The notes beneath the pieces were generated by a model. It made no database searches. It saw only the letters and a program-made list of their open reading frames with translations, and was not told where the DNA came from. Positions 23,098 through 35,568 of a stretch of 64,000 bases of DNA are shown one piece after another (position 1 is the first letter of the stretch; each line of letters begins with the position of its first letter). The DNA is taken from the NCBI GenBank assembly GCA_951406725.2, contig OX597829.1, positions 52,390,001 to 52,454,000 on the forward strand, given 5' to 3'. A program made the position numbers and the translations under genes. The DNA comes from Octopus vulgaris (taxonomy: Eukaryota).

Positions 23098-23338
23098 CTC
23101 TAAGATGCTTTGTCATTAACGTTTCTGGAGTCGCAAGGGTATTCCGGGTCGTTCAACATCAGACACCCTCGGTCAGCTGACTCAACCGGGGTGGATCAAG
23201 TCTCACCTTGCATCTCACTAGCAGTAAACCACTGGTATGCTGTCTTTACCCCCAAAACCACCCAATTGTATGTAGTCTTCTCTGAGCATATAACGTTTAA
23301 CAGATTCGTTCCATAATGAGTTTGACCAATTCCCATTG

Positions 23339-23399
<61 letters not shown>

Positions 23400-23412
23400 C
23401 ATTGTTTGTCAT

Positions 23413-23491
23413 GGCCGGTCAGTGAGTGACCACTGGTTTCGCACATATAAAGTGCTTACTTGTATAAGCGACTCGTCAAACTTAAACGGCC
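23413..23491 (-). ncRNA. Type I hammerhead ribozyme (C3U variant)
   Basis: Minus strand: GGCCG..AGT-TTGACGA-GT...GC-GAAA-CCAGTGG-TC-ACT..CGGCC. GUC triplet at 23430-23428. Confidence 0.6.
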
Positions 23492-23538
23492 GAAAACACA
23501 TAACCTCTCTACACATACGTATGCATTATATATTTACA

Positions 23539-23576
<38 letters not shown>

Positions 23577-23581
<5 letters not shown>

Positions 23582-24242
23582 AGAGAAGAACCGCCATGAA
23601 GCAATTCAACAATGATATACTTAAATCATGCCATATAGAAAAAAATTAAAGATACGATAAAATATTTACCTAGAACTAAATAAAGTACTAAATAATAAAT
23701 AAATAGTATATGATTAGTAAATAGACTACACGTGTTTCGTGGCTATATTTTCAAATTGATAACAATAAAATCAATTCAATTTAAATATAGTCACTCATCA
23801 GGTCTAAGATAAAAACAATAACATAATTAAATAAATGTACATATATAATTTTATAAGAAAAGATAAATATATATAAAAATACGTAATTTTACAATAAAAA
23901 ATCGAACAAAATTCAACAATATATCTTAAAATAAAAGCATGACTTATCTTATTGAATATATTCTGTTAAGTAAAACTTTTAAACTAAATGCATAGGACTT
24001 AGTGTTTATAATAAAATTATCTCATTAAAAAAGATAGAATAGATAGATAGATAGAAATATTTATTTTATCTATGAAAATATATTTTAGCTTATAGAAGAA
24101 AATAACAAACTATAGAATATCATTAATGGAAAATTAAAGTACAAGTAATTAAAACAAAATATTTAAAACAAATATTTTTTCTATATGGTATGATTTAAGT
24201 ATATCATAGTTGAATTGCTTCTTGGTGGTTCTTCTCTAATTT
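23577..24242 (-). mobile_element. Penelope-like non-autonomous element with ~67-bp inverted ends, flanked by microsatellite
   Basis: 23577-23645 is the reverse complement of 24176-24242. It contains the HHR at 23722-23806. Confidence 0.65.
23722..23806 (-). ncRNA. Type I hammerhead ribozyme with long stem II and palindromic stem III
   Basis: Minus strand: TAGAC-CTGATGA-GTGACTATATTT...AAATATAGCCAC-GAAA-CACGTG-TA-GTCTA. Intact core, GUA site. Confidence 0.9.
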
Positions 24243-24351
24243 ATATACATGTATTGTATATTGTGAAATTTGATTTAGTATTACTAAATTGAAGTTTTCC
24301 CTGTAAGCTTGGAATCATATTCCCCATCATCATTATTATTATTATTATTAT

Positions 24352-24400
<49 letters not shown>

Positions 24401-24419
24401 GTGTGTGTGTGTGTGTGTG

Positions 24420-24800
24420 TGGTGGTTGTCTACTCTTTATGCAGAGTTTGACCACCTCCTGTACCTACACGTTAGAACCATCATGGCGCATGATGTGGCT
24501 TTTTAAACCAGACAATGTTCTGAAAAGACACCCACATAGATTGCATATCTGATTTGGACCAAGAGCTGCAGATAAGTTCTGCTCTTTGTGGGTCTTAAAA
24601 TGTCTTTTGAGGCCTCCGTTAGCTTTGCTAACCATCTGGCATATATTGCATTGAAAGATGTGCACAGACATATAGGAAGGGTTGGCCAGAAGTCACCCGA
24701 CAGTAAATCGAAATGCCATAAGTACCATCTGTAATTCTGTATTGACTCGAATGGACAAATGTGTCGCTCAAGAAAGACATCAGTTTGAACAATTTTCATG
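24420..24800 (-). pseudogene. 3' fragment of an RTE-type LINE with two C2H2 zinc fingers
   Basis: CNICQMVSKANGGLKRHFKTH and CNLCGCLFRTLSGLKSHIMRH, followed by a short 3' UTR running into (CA)n. Confidence 0.65.
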
Positions 24801-24962
24801 ATGTTTCGTATTTAGATGCTTTTATTAAATTCGTTCAGTTGGTAAACATGAATAAATCTTGGAATTAAATAGTTCTGATTTCTGTCATGTGACTTCATTT
24901 GGCTAAACCTGTGCCAGCCCAGTAAAACCGTCCAATCCATTTAACGGACATTAAATGATGAG

Positions 24963-25005
<43 letters not shown>

Positions 25006-25023
25006 CATAATATATATATATGT

Positions 25024-25572
25024 CAGGTCACTTTCGAGTGCTACTGGTAACATGTAACCCAGTACAACCTGTTGCATGGTCGGGTCGCCGGCGACTAAAC
25101 CGGCAACCCCACCAAGCTTGCTTGGTGAGGAGGGTGTTTATTGGACACCCTGCGGGATGAAAAGCAAAACCCGTCAAAGGGCGGAGGAACTCTTGAGAGT
25201 CAACGGCCATCCAATAAATGTCTTAAGGTTGTATCATGCGTGGGGACATAGAAATAATCGGACTGAATACCCGATCGCGCGATTAAACCATTGGGAGTGA
25301 AGGACTCCTAGCCTTTGTTAGGGCATCCTTCTAGGAGAGGGTAACTCAGGTAACTGGGATAACTCCGACATAAAACCTGCGGCTCAGTGGCTACCGATGA
25401 TGTTGACTTGTTCTTCTTTTCGGATTATGGTTGCTGTTGCTTAGTGAGTGGGATTGACTCAGTGCACAGCCTTTCATCACTTAAAAAAAAACTTCTTCCA
25501 CAGGCATTGCACGATAACAACATTGATTAAGCTTCGTGCAATGGCCATACGGGATAACGAGGGGGCAGCCAC
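25024..25572 (+). mobile_element. GC-rich non-coding retroelement, probably RTE-derived (5' UTR plus 3' tail), inserted in (TA)n
   Basis: RTE-like 5' UTR motifs and (TA)n on both sides. A related fragment lies at ~39100-39330 (shared CTACTGGTAA..TGTAA.CCAGTACAACCTG). Confidence 0.55.
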
Positions 25573-26283
25573 TATATATATACATATATATATATTGGGT
25601 TAAACCCTCTGCGTGGCATCTTGGACAGATGTAATTTTCTTTTGTCTCAGATCGATTCAAACTTGAAGTTAGATTGATGGAAATTGTATAGAAGCCAGTG
25701 AAGTGGATTTTATCTGTGATCCGAAAGCTATCACCCTTGCCACTGTATCATACTGATTCTGCACAAGAATTACGTTTAGCGTACACACGCCCAAGTAAAC
25801 GCAGGAGAAGGTAATTTAGTTGGACGTTCAACTGCGCTGGTTCGATTCTCAGATCGGTCGATAGTTGTTTCCTTGAGATAGGCACCAGGGTCAGCCCTAG
25901 GGTTGCTGGCACCCCGGACAAGCTGAACTTCGGCGTGTACAAACTGACGGTCGTGGAAATTTCCTCGTCTTTGTCACGCCCTCGTTGGTGCCCTGGGCGA
26001 CTGCCCGAGTTGCCGGTACTTCATTTCAGTTTGTAATAAGTACAACTGAGGATCAACCAGGACAGGGTGGGTCTTGTTCTCTCTGTTATGCACACGCCTC
26101 GAAATTCAGGGTAAGTTCCAATCTGATGGACCATTAGACTTGAGACAGGCTTTAACCACCCCCAATTAATTGTTATCTCGGTAACATTATAAATATTTTA
26201 AATATCCTTTTCACAAGTTGTGAGGTAGAGTTATAAGTTTTGCGTTAATATTTACTCGCAAAAGATCGCGACCGGTTACAACA

Positions 26284-26680
26284 CTGGTTTAAGTACCCCA
26301 TATAAAAATCCCTCATAAGTTTTAAATTTTTAGAATTTTTTTAATCGTTCGAATTAAAAAAGATTATTTTTCGAATTTTTAAAAAATAAGAGTTTAAAAT
26401 ACGGATAATCCGAATTTTTGCTTAAATACCACTAATAGACCGTTAAATGCGTTTAAGGGGAGAAATTTTGAAAAACATTGTGTCAGTGACAAAGAAAAGA
26501 GGAGGGTATCAGGTGGTCGCGAGATGTGCTAAAAATAACAGCCAAATAGCCCTTAAATCCCACAAACAATTTTTTTGTTTGTTTTGGGTTTTGCAAAATA
26601 CAAATTAACCAAAATTTTCTGAAAATGCTCCCAAAATGAAAAAAAGTTATGAGGGGTGTTATATGGGTTGCTTAGACCAG
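26284..26680. mobile_element. MITE with ~38-bp imperfect TIRs
   Basis: CTGGTTTAAGTACCCCATATAAAAATCCCTCATAAGTTT vs AAAGTTATGAGGGGTGTTATATGGGTTGCTTAGACCAG. Confidence 0.65.
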
Positions 26681-27182
26681 AATTCTGCTGATTTTTCAGT
26701 CTTACAGAAATAAAGACGAAACATTGGAAATAAATGGAAAGATCTGTTATTCGCTACCGGCAATCTAAATAACGCAAAGCGGATTCAATACCTGGTTATG
26801 CAGTCAGTAGCTTAAGTCGCGGTTTAGTTGTCTGATATTGTATGCGTATAATTACAGACATTTCGATAAGTTTAACCTCCCGATTTGAAAACAGATCTAC
26901 CAGTATACGAAGTTTAAAATTTTTTAGTTACCTAGAAATTATGTTAAAAACTGCCGTTCAAACCGAAAAGATCTTGAAAATAAACAAAAACAAAAAAACC
27001 ACACACACACACAGCAACAACATCAAAAACAACAAAGCAAACAAACAAAAAAGGAAAGCGGTAGGGCGTAGTTCGGACGATGTAACCTAAGGTCTATCAT
27101 CACAAGTGTTTCAGCCGTGAACATTTTTCTTTTATGTAGCGGACTACATTAAAAAGACAAAAAAATGTCCCTTTCTCTTTTT

Positions 27183-27527
27183 ATGTGATTTGAGAGAGAT
27201 GACTGCTATTTTTAGCAGGTCGAGCGACCACGCGGAGAGCTTTAATCCGGTTGGTGCATCTTATTTTCCATTTTTCCGTATTACGTACGGCGTTAATGCT
27301 GTTGAAAATAAACACGAACATACCTACTTAATCAAACGTATCATCATTCTCTATTTGATGTGATTTGAGAGGTTTGGCTGCCATTTCTAGTAGATCGAAT
27401 GACCACGTGGAAGACTTTTCTCTCCCCCCCCGCCCACTATCCCGTGTCGCGCATCTTATTTAATTTATTTTTCATCTTTCCGTGTATTAACGAACGACGT
27501 CAGTGCTGTTGAGACAAACACGAACAT
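27183..27527. repeat. Diverged local tandem duplication (~175 bp) containing an old SINE fragment
   Basis: ATGTGATTTGAGAG...GACCACG...GCATCTTATTTT...TGCTGTTGA.A.AAACACGAACAT occurs twice. The GGCTGCTATTTCTAGCAG-type motif recurs many times in the window. Confidence 0.7.
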
Positions 27528-27669
27528 TCTATCCACACAATGACGTTCTCATCTGTTAATGAAGCTGGTCTGGCTTGCGCCGCCTTATGTAAAAATAAAA
27601 AAGTAAAGAAATCAATAATGCTTATCGATCAGCGCGAATGTGTTATAGATAGATGATATTATAGATAAT

Positions 27670-27870
27670 ATAGTTATGAAATCACCGAACCAATCACAGC
27701 GAAGATGACATTAAGCTCCGTTCTCGCAGCTACCTGTCGACTTCCGGTTGTCATTGGTTCTGTTGGTGAAAAATGTATAAATAAAACGGGTCAAATTTTC
27801 TGTCAAACTGGCTGTCAGCGAACTTGATATTCAACATACGTACGTACTATATATAAATTAGCCAGTGAAC
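27670..27870 (+). promoter_or_regulatory. Candidate Pol II promoter
   Basis: Repeat-free, locally CpG-enriched. CCAAT (~27691), ETS-like ACTTCCGGT (~27740), reverse CCAAT (~27753) and TATA-like TATATAAA (~27850), upstream of a putative first exon. Confidence 0.4.
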
Positions 27871-28505
27871 CATTCGGAAGATCTCGTAATGATTGGAAAC
27901 AACGGGAAAATAGCAGCCAAAATAAAGCTGTTGTACCCTTAGCCTCTGTAGTACAGTGCTACATATAAGAAGGGTACATTCGGAGCTTCGAGGAAAACGG
28001 GTGGACAAGCGACGGCGGTGGTCTGCTTTATTATTGCATTACATTTGGCTGTAACAACAAGCGGGAGAATGAATAATGATAATAATAATGATAATAATAA
28101 TGATATAAGAAGGCACAGGACGAGAGACTCTGCGTAAACAACGACCCAGTGAAGGAGAAATCCAGCTTCGAAAGAGCTAATTACAAAGAAGAAGAAGAGA
28201 AATGTGTGATAATTAATTCATCATCTGTAGTTAAACGAAGAGAAAGTAATCACAGCAACATCAACAGCAACAATAATTTGACTGAGTGAACATATATTCC
28301 TATGTGCATTCATTGAATCCAGTTTTTTGGATAAAAATATATGGGATCGCAAGAAATTATGGCAAGCAAACATTGTCTTATGCCGAACCTAAACACTTTA
28401 ATTAGTGTTTACATAATGGGAAAGTAAAAACAATTAATCGACGGAGAAGTTATTTTTTGTCAAACCAGTTTTGATCTTAGATGCTGGTTGCAGTTTGTGT
28501 TTACC

Positions 28506-28514
28506 ATGTCTGAG
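28506..28514 (+). CDS. Candidate first coding exon end (Met-Ser-Glu) of an unidentified gene, followed by a long intron
   Basis: Kozak-like ACCATG TCT GAG followed directly by a consensus donor AG|GTAAGT, at the end of ~800 bp of unique UTR-like sequence. Confidence 0.45.
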
Positions 28515-28686
28515 GTAAGTTTCAAATTAATAAATGTATAATTGTATAAACATGTATTTTTAATTTATATAATTAAAGAACATCTATATGTTATTACTTC
28601 GCGCACCTTGCCATGTTATTGCCAAGTACATGTTTATATGTTTATCTTAACGGTTTTTCGTGTCGAAATATATATTATTGTGTCTG

Positions 28687-28750
<64 letters not shown>

Positions 28751-29243
28751 AATTAAGGACTGAACACGAAAAGTGGACAGTCAACATGCTAGATATAGAC
28801 GTCAAATCGCCATTCTCCACAAAAGATTATGTTCTCATATATATATATATATATTGTATTTCGAGATGGTCATTTTTTTTTTAAACACACCGCATCACAT
28901 CAGGAATTTTGTAACACAAATTCATAAACGTATATATATATATATATATAACTTTCGGAATATTGTCACTCCACGTTCCACGTAATTCGTGCATATGTGA
29001 ATGTTATATGTATAGGTATATATGTACAAAGTAAGAAACCGGTAATAAAAGACAGAGCTTCTGGTAAATTCCTGTCCAGAATATATTTTACACACACATA
29101 CACACACACACATTTAATGATTTCTTTTAAGTCAATAAAACATACAGACACTCAATCTCGATGCTTGGTGTTCTCTATTCTGCTTGGCCAATGTTTCTCG
29201 TAATTGAAAACATCGAGACTTCTTTGAATACTAACACGCACAC

Positions 29244-29274
<31 letters not shown>

Positions 29275-30503
29275 CATACATACATACATATGTGTTTGTA
29301 TATACAGGCACATATATAAGTACACATTGTTTAAAAAATATATACATACACATAGACATTTATACATATCTACACACGTATATATATATATATATACATA
29401 CATACATACATACATACAGATACACTTTAATATACATAATACACATGTGAATGTTTCACAACACGCACCTTGTGTGTTTAATAATTTGTGTCTATGTCGT
29501 CTTTAGTAAAAGGTTTTATCAAATTCTGGGTTTTATAAAGAGAACCTTGACTGTCATTCATTTTGTAGTTTAGCTTAATGACCAGGCATATACATATATA
29601 ATATCATCCACTTAGGTTGTCGCATTTGCGACATAACTGATTGGAGATGTAGACAAAATGTGGTTGAGGACCCAAAATTCCATGAATTTCATTATCATCT
29701 TCATTATTAGAGGTAATATACGTTTTACATATGGAAAGTGCCCCTTAATTGTCCTATGAGGTGCGCGCGCGCGCCTGTGTATGGGAAATAACACAAATGC
29801 TTTGTACTTTCTATCACCAATGACAATTGCTTGTTTGACCAACGAATAAATTGACAAAAAGCTCGGGTTTTTTGTTCTTTTTGGATAAATAAAGGCAAAA
29901 AAACCCCCTTTGTTTGCTTCAAATTTTGATCTGTCTGAAAGGTATTTATTTACGAAGTAAATGTGTATTTACGAATTGTCATCGAAAAATATTGAATACA
30001 AAGAATATATATATATACACGCACTTGCCACACACACACACACACACACGTTCGAAACATCCTTAATCATTTAACATATCTAGCTTATTACGGTTTTTTT
30101 TTTTTTTTTACTCTAAGCCGAGGTTTTATTCTCTCAATAATTAAATAGGCTAAGTTATAATATCCTTCTTGTACGTCGTCTTTTCGATGCCTTTTTCATA
30201 TTTTTCTTTTATTCATTGTCCGAAGCAATAAAACACCCGAAAGCTCTGTGTGTGTGTATATGTGTGTGTATATATATTTATATATCGAGAGAGACAGTGA
30301 TAGTGATTTCGTAAGTATGTGTATAAACTCTGCTGTTGAAGACGATAGAAATCAATACTAGCAAATGCAATCGATCGATAATTGATTTGGCTTGTGTAAT
30401 TGATGGAAACATACACTAGTTATTTTCGGGAAGGTAATATAAATTACACACACACACAGATGCGTGTGTGTGTCCGTGTCCGGGGCGATGAAACACCTGA
30501 AAG

Positions 30504-30569
<66 letters not shown>

Positions 30570-31260
30570 GTAAATGCATAATATACACTCTTATATAACG
30601 GAATTACGTAAGAATTTAAGTGTATAATGTTTAATGCCTGATGAAATGTCCCTTCTTTCTCTCTTCAGTGTCAGTATACACATTTAGAATCAGTTCATTT
30701 CCTTATGACACATCTCCACATCTATTATCGTCTACGTCTGAGGTGTCATACAGAGGAAACAAATCAATAGGCATCTCTCACTGTCTCACGTAAAATATGT
30801 CAATGTATTCAATAGATATTTATTTTCCTTTTCCTGATGCACAAGGCAAACTTGTGATGAGGGAGAAAATACTGACTCGATTTCTCTATATATATCTCGT
30901 ATTGGATTTTGATGACCCACGGGAAGGGTGAAAGGCAATTGATATCGCGGCGTTATTTGAACTCAAGAATATGGTCACGAGACGTTGTTGTGTGGGTTAT
31001 TTACCTAGAGTTCTCCCATTTCTATTCGTCGCCCTTATATAAATATATATATATGTATGTATGTATAATGTAAAGCGAAAGAAAATGTATAGGTTTTAGT
31101 TTCACTCTCGAGCATTAAAAAAAACAAAAAAACTATTGACCTTTCGGACGTGGCCCTCCATAAGAATGAAGGGAGAGATAGATAGAGAAGCCCTGAAGAA
31201 CGAAATAATAAAACTTCACGCGCATACAAACGCGCGCGCGCGCGAATATATAAATTTATT

Positions 31261-31299
<39 letters not shown>

Positions 31300-31305
<6 letters not shown>

Positions 31306-31457
31306 CACATGGATGTGGTGTATATATATATATATACACACACACACCACATGGATGTGGTGTATATATATACACACACACCACATGGATGTGGTGTATA
31401 TATATATATATACACATCACATGGGTGCGGTATATATACATATATCACATGGAAGGA

Positions 31458-31470
<13 letters not shown>
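31300..31470. repeat. Hairpin-cored compound minisatellite
   Basis: CACCACAT-GG-ATGTGGTG hairpin (three intact and two decayed copies) separated by (TA)n(CA)n. Confidence 0.8.
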
Positions 31471-31498
<28 letters not shown>

Positions 31499-31518
31499 AA
31501 TATATATATATACACACA

Positions 31519-31733
31519 CAGGATGGCCCAAAAGTGGGTTTACAGTTATCACGTAGGCACTTTAAATTTCTTTTAAAACATTTCATTACACTTAAATTTC
31601 TATCTTACAATTAACTAAATTAGCATAGAACAATGGTTTCATAATTTTTTTTTATAATTAAGATCTAAACTGCTAATATATAAACGTGAAAGAGAAAGTC
31701 AAATAACTGTAAACCTACTTTTGGGCCACCCTG
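31519..31733. mobile_element. Tc1/mariner-type MITE
   Basis: ~31-bp TIRs CAGG(A/G)TGGCCCAAAAGT(G/A)GGTTTACAGTTAT, with TA at the right flank. Confidence 0.85.
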
Positions 31734-31809
31734 TATACACCACATACATACATACATGCATGTATGTATATTTGTATTCATGTATGCATGTGTACACAAA
31801 ACACATTTA

Positions 31810-32560
31810 CATTAAGTTCATATTGAGCATTGTCACCATCCAAGTCTGTTCCACTAACTGAAACGATATTTGAAGAGTTTTATGAGAACTTGGAGAAAAT
31901 CAAGACACCTCACAAGGAAGATGTCCTCGCTGTTGTAGGGTACAAGAATACTAAGTCAGGCTTCACTACATGTGACTTGTATACAGGTATTTTGGGGGTA
32001 TTTAGGGACAAGTGAAAGAAGTTGTAGACTGCGACTTTCAGAATTTGCCAGCAGCGACAAGATTAACCTAGCCATCTTCTTCCTGATGAACACCTTCCAG
32101 AGAACAACACACAAGGCCCCTGATGGCATGACTTGAAACTAGATTGACTCCATCATCACACTTGAAGCATACAAATCCATAGGTCAGGACTTTCATTTGT
32201 GTGAATGTTGATGTTAACATTTAGTTCAAGTTTCAAACAGTTAGCGGTACTTAGTCTGCCGCTACGTTCTGAGTTCAAATTCCGCCGAGGTCGACTTTGC
32301 TTTTCATCCTTTCGGGGTCGATTAAATAAGTACTAGTTAAGCACTGGGGTCGATAAAATCGACTTTATCCCTTTGTCTGTCCTTGTTTGTCCTCTCTGTG
32401 TTTAGCCCCTTGTGGGCAGTAAAGAAATGAGTTTACAAGTAAAGAACTTCTCATTTAAAACTTGATGCGAACAAATTGAAAGACCTGGAGGTTGCAGTAT
32501 TTGAGGCTAATGTAAATGGCTGGTAACCTTACAAGAAAGTATCAGCTCCTTGATTGATAT
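31810..32560 (+). pseudogene. Decayed AP-endonuclease region of an RTE LINE, interrupted by SINE-B
   Basis: SPSK..EEFYENLEK...KEDVLAVVG.KNTK.G (cf. YAPT..EEFY..GDFNAK), and later APDGMT.N.IDSII. Confidence 0.65.
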
Positions 32561-35500
32561 CATCTGGGACAGTGCTACTCAAAGTAGTGCCAGTCTGTGA
32601 ACCACCAGCTTCCAATACATGACCAGTTTCCAGAAAAGAAAGAAATATTATAAAATGCTTATGTAATATTGTATTATTTATTTACAAAATAAATCATCAT
32701 CATCATTGTTTAACGTCCATTTTCCATGCTAGCATGGGTTGGATAGTTCGACTGGGGTCTCGGAAGCCAGGAGGCTGCACCAGTCTGGCCTGGCAGTGTT
32801 TCTACAGCTGGATGCCCTTGCTAACATCAACCACTCCGTGAGTGTAGTGGGTGCTTTTTACATGCCACCAGAGGAGGCTGGCAATGGCCATGATCAGTTG
32901 GTGCTTTTTACAAGATAAAAAAAATGTCAACTTTTATTATATTCATTATATTTATTGTTTCCCGTATAAATTAATATTACTAAGAAATATCACCAGTCCC
33001 TGGCACATTGGGAAAAAACAAAAACTGCTGGCACACCACATCAGATAGTTTGAAAAGCACTGATCTAGGAAGCATACTGTTACTTTAGTGTGCAGTTTAC
33101 TGCAGTATCTACAGTTTATACTTAAAAATTGATCTGGATTAGGGTTGAGAATTAGAGTTAGGGTTGGACTAGACATTAAAGTGTAAATGTTTCTGAGCTA
33201 AAGTGGCATGGAAACCTATGAATCAGCTTCGTGCATCAAAAGGGCTGGGGTAAAGAAGGAAAACAAACTGAGTTTACTGATCCTGGATTTCTGTGAGGGC
33301 AGCACCTGAAGGTAAGTTAACAGATCTTGATGCAACTTGGATTACAGTGCTATTAATCAGATGGAAAAGCAAGTGGAGAAAATGAAGAAGTTAACGGACT
33401 GATGAGATAACCTTAATGCTGGGATAAAGAACAACAACAACAGAAAGGTAGCTTTTGAGACAACAAAACTGCTTGTAAAACAAAAGAACTGGTTGCTTGT
33501 GTCACTGAGGACAAAAGAGTCTTCCCCACTCACAGACAGGGCTGCTGTTATCAGTTGGTATGAGTATTGCAAAGAACTTCATAACTAATCTGTTCATTCA
33601 TGACACCAACACCCTGGACAGTGCTACCAAAAATAGCAGAAAGTTTGGGGATTCTCTGAAACACCAGGAGTGTTTTGGTTAACATCATCGTTGTTTTAAC
33701 ATCCAGTTTTTCATGCTTGCATAGCTCAGACAAGACTACATTCAAGCAGTTTCTCTGTGACTTAATGCTCACCCTGACTCCAACACTCGTTTCCTAGTTT
33801 GTCGAATTACAAACAGCTTAAACATGGTTACATGGAGAACTGGAAGCAAATGACACTGCATGAATGAGTCTTTTGTTTACAAAGATCATGTGACATACCA
33901 AGAAACCCAGACAAGCTTTTGTAGTAGACTGCAGGTAATGAACACCATCAATATGAATAGTGAGGCCTTTATTTATAGCAAGTTGCACATACACACAGCA
34001 GGCTTCTTCAGTTTCTGCCTACTAATTTTACATACATGGCATTCATTGACTTTCAGCGTCCACACAGCAGATTGAAACCCTTAACCATGTGGTTCTGAAG
34101 CACACTTCTTAAACATGCAGCAATGCCTGCATCATGTTGAATTTAATTCAAGGGTGGCAACAGTGGTGTCATAAGGGTGATGTAAGGGTAGTATCAACCC
34201 TGGTAGAGTAGAGTGAACTATTTAACCCTTTAAGCATTTAAACTGGTCATTTCCAGCCTAGATATTCTGCCTGTTTTATGTTCAAACTGGCCACATCTAG
34301 CCTTTTGCACCTACCCTACAATGCCATTCTGAAAATAAAGTCACATCATTGAAATCTGAAGGCTGTGAGATAATGCACAATTAATTCAAAACAATGTGAA
34401 TAAATAAGTTATTGCATTTGACAGAATAATCTGAAAGCTGAGGGGTTGAACCACTTACATCCAGCTCAAATATTCTATCTGTTTTATGTTTAATCTGGCC
34501 TCTCGCACATACCCTACAATGCCATTCTAAAAATAAACTATCACATCATTGAAATCTCAATGCTATGAGATAATGCGTGATTAATTTAAAGCAATGTGAA
34601 TTACATTTGACAGTAATCTGAATGCTAAAGGGTTATGGCACTCCAATTATTACCATTTCAGTCTGTCACACTCACATGGTGCCTCTGGGGTCACATCATC
34701 TAAGATCCCTTCCATTCTTTGACGTAGTAGAATGACTGAAACATGTTAAACATAGTTACTATGGGTGGAATCTGTTAAAGAAATAACTATTTGTGTGTGT
34801 GTGTATTATGCATCGTTTTACATAATTGATATTCTTCATCAGTTTCAGAGGGGGGGCATATAATATAATCATTCTCCCTGTCACACCTCCTCTTCCGACT
34901 AATGACAGTCATCACTTTTTTTCATAATGCCATCTTTATTCTTAACCCTTTTGATACCAACCCATCCACGACCGTCCCTTGTTCTATTATACAAACTTCC
35001 TGTTCCTAAGAGATGCAAATTAAATCCTTCCGTCAAGGCACAGGCGTGGTGGTGTGGTAAGAAGCTTGCATCCCAACCACATGGTTCTGGGTTCAGTCCC
35101 ATTGTGTGGCACCTTGGGCAAGTGTCTTCTGTGAGTGGATTTGGTTGATGGAAACTGAAAGAAGTGTCTATGTTCGTCTCCCATCACCACTTGACAGCTG
35201 GTGTTGGTGTGTTTATATTCCTGTAAATTAGTGATTTGGTAAAAGGGACCAATAGAACAATAAGAATAAAAAAATAAGTATTGGGGCCAATTCACTTGAC
35301 TAGAAATTCTTCAAAGCACTGGCTGCACTCTAATTACCAAAACAATTAAAAGATAAGATAAAAATTTCATGTTAATTTATATTTCAAATATTAGCTTCAT
35401 AATAATAGTTACTTTACGAAAATTCTTTAGTCTCAAAATTAATTACAAAGGAAATGTATTTTAACTGATACGGTAACATAATTGAGTTAGAATCTGTCAG

Positions 35501-35568
35501 GCTTTATATTTTATTGATCTTATTTGGTTTTTCAATATAACCCTTTCTTTACCAATATTTTTGTTTAA

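Noticed and set aside
30635-30775. ATGC-CTGATGA ... GAAAC ... GGCAT hammerhead-like arrangement
   Set aside because: No credible stem II closing pair or stem III, and the NUH register does not fit.
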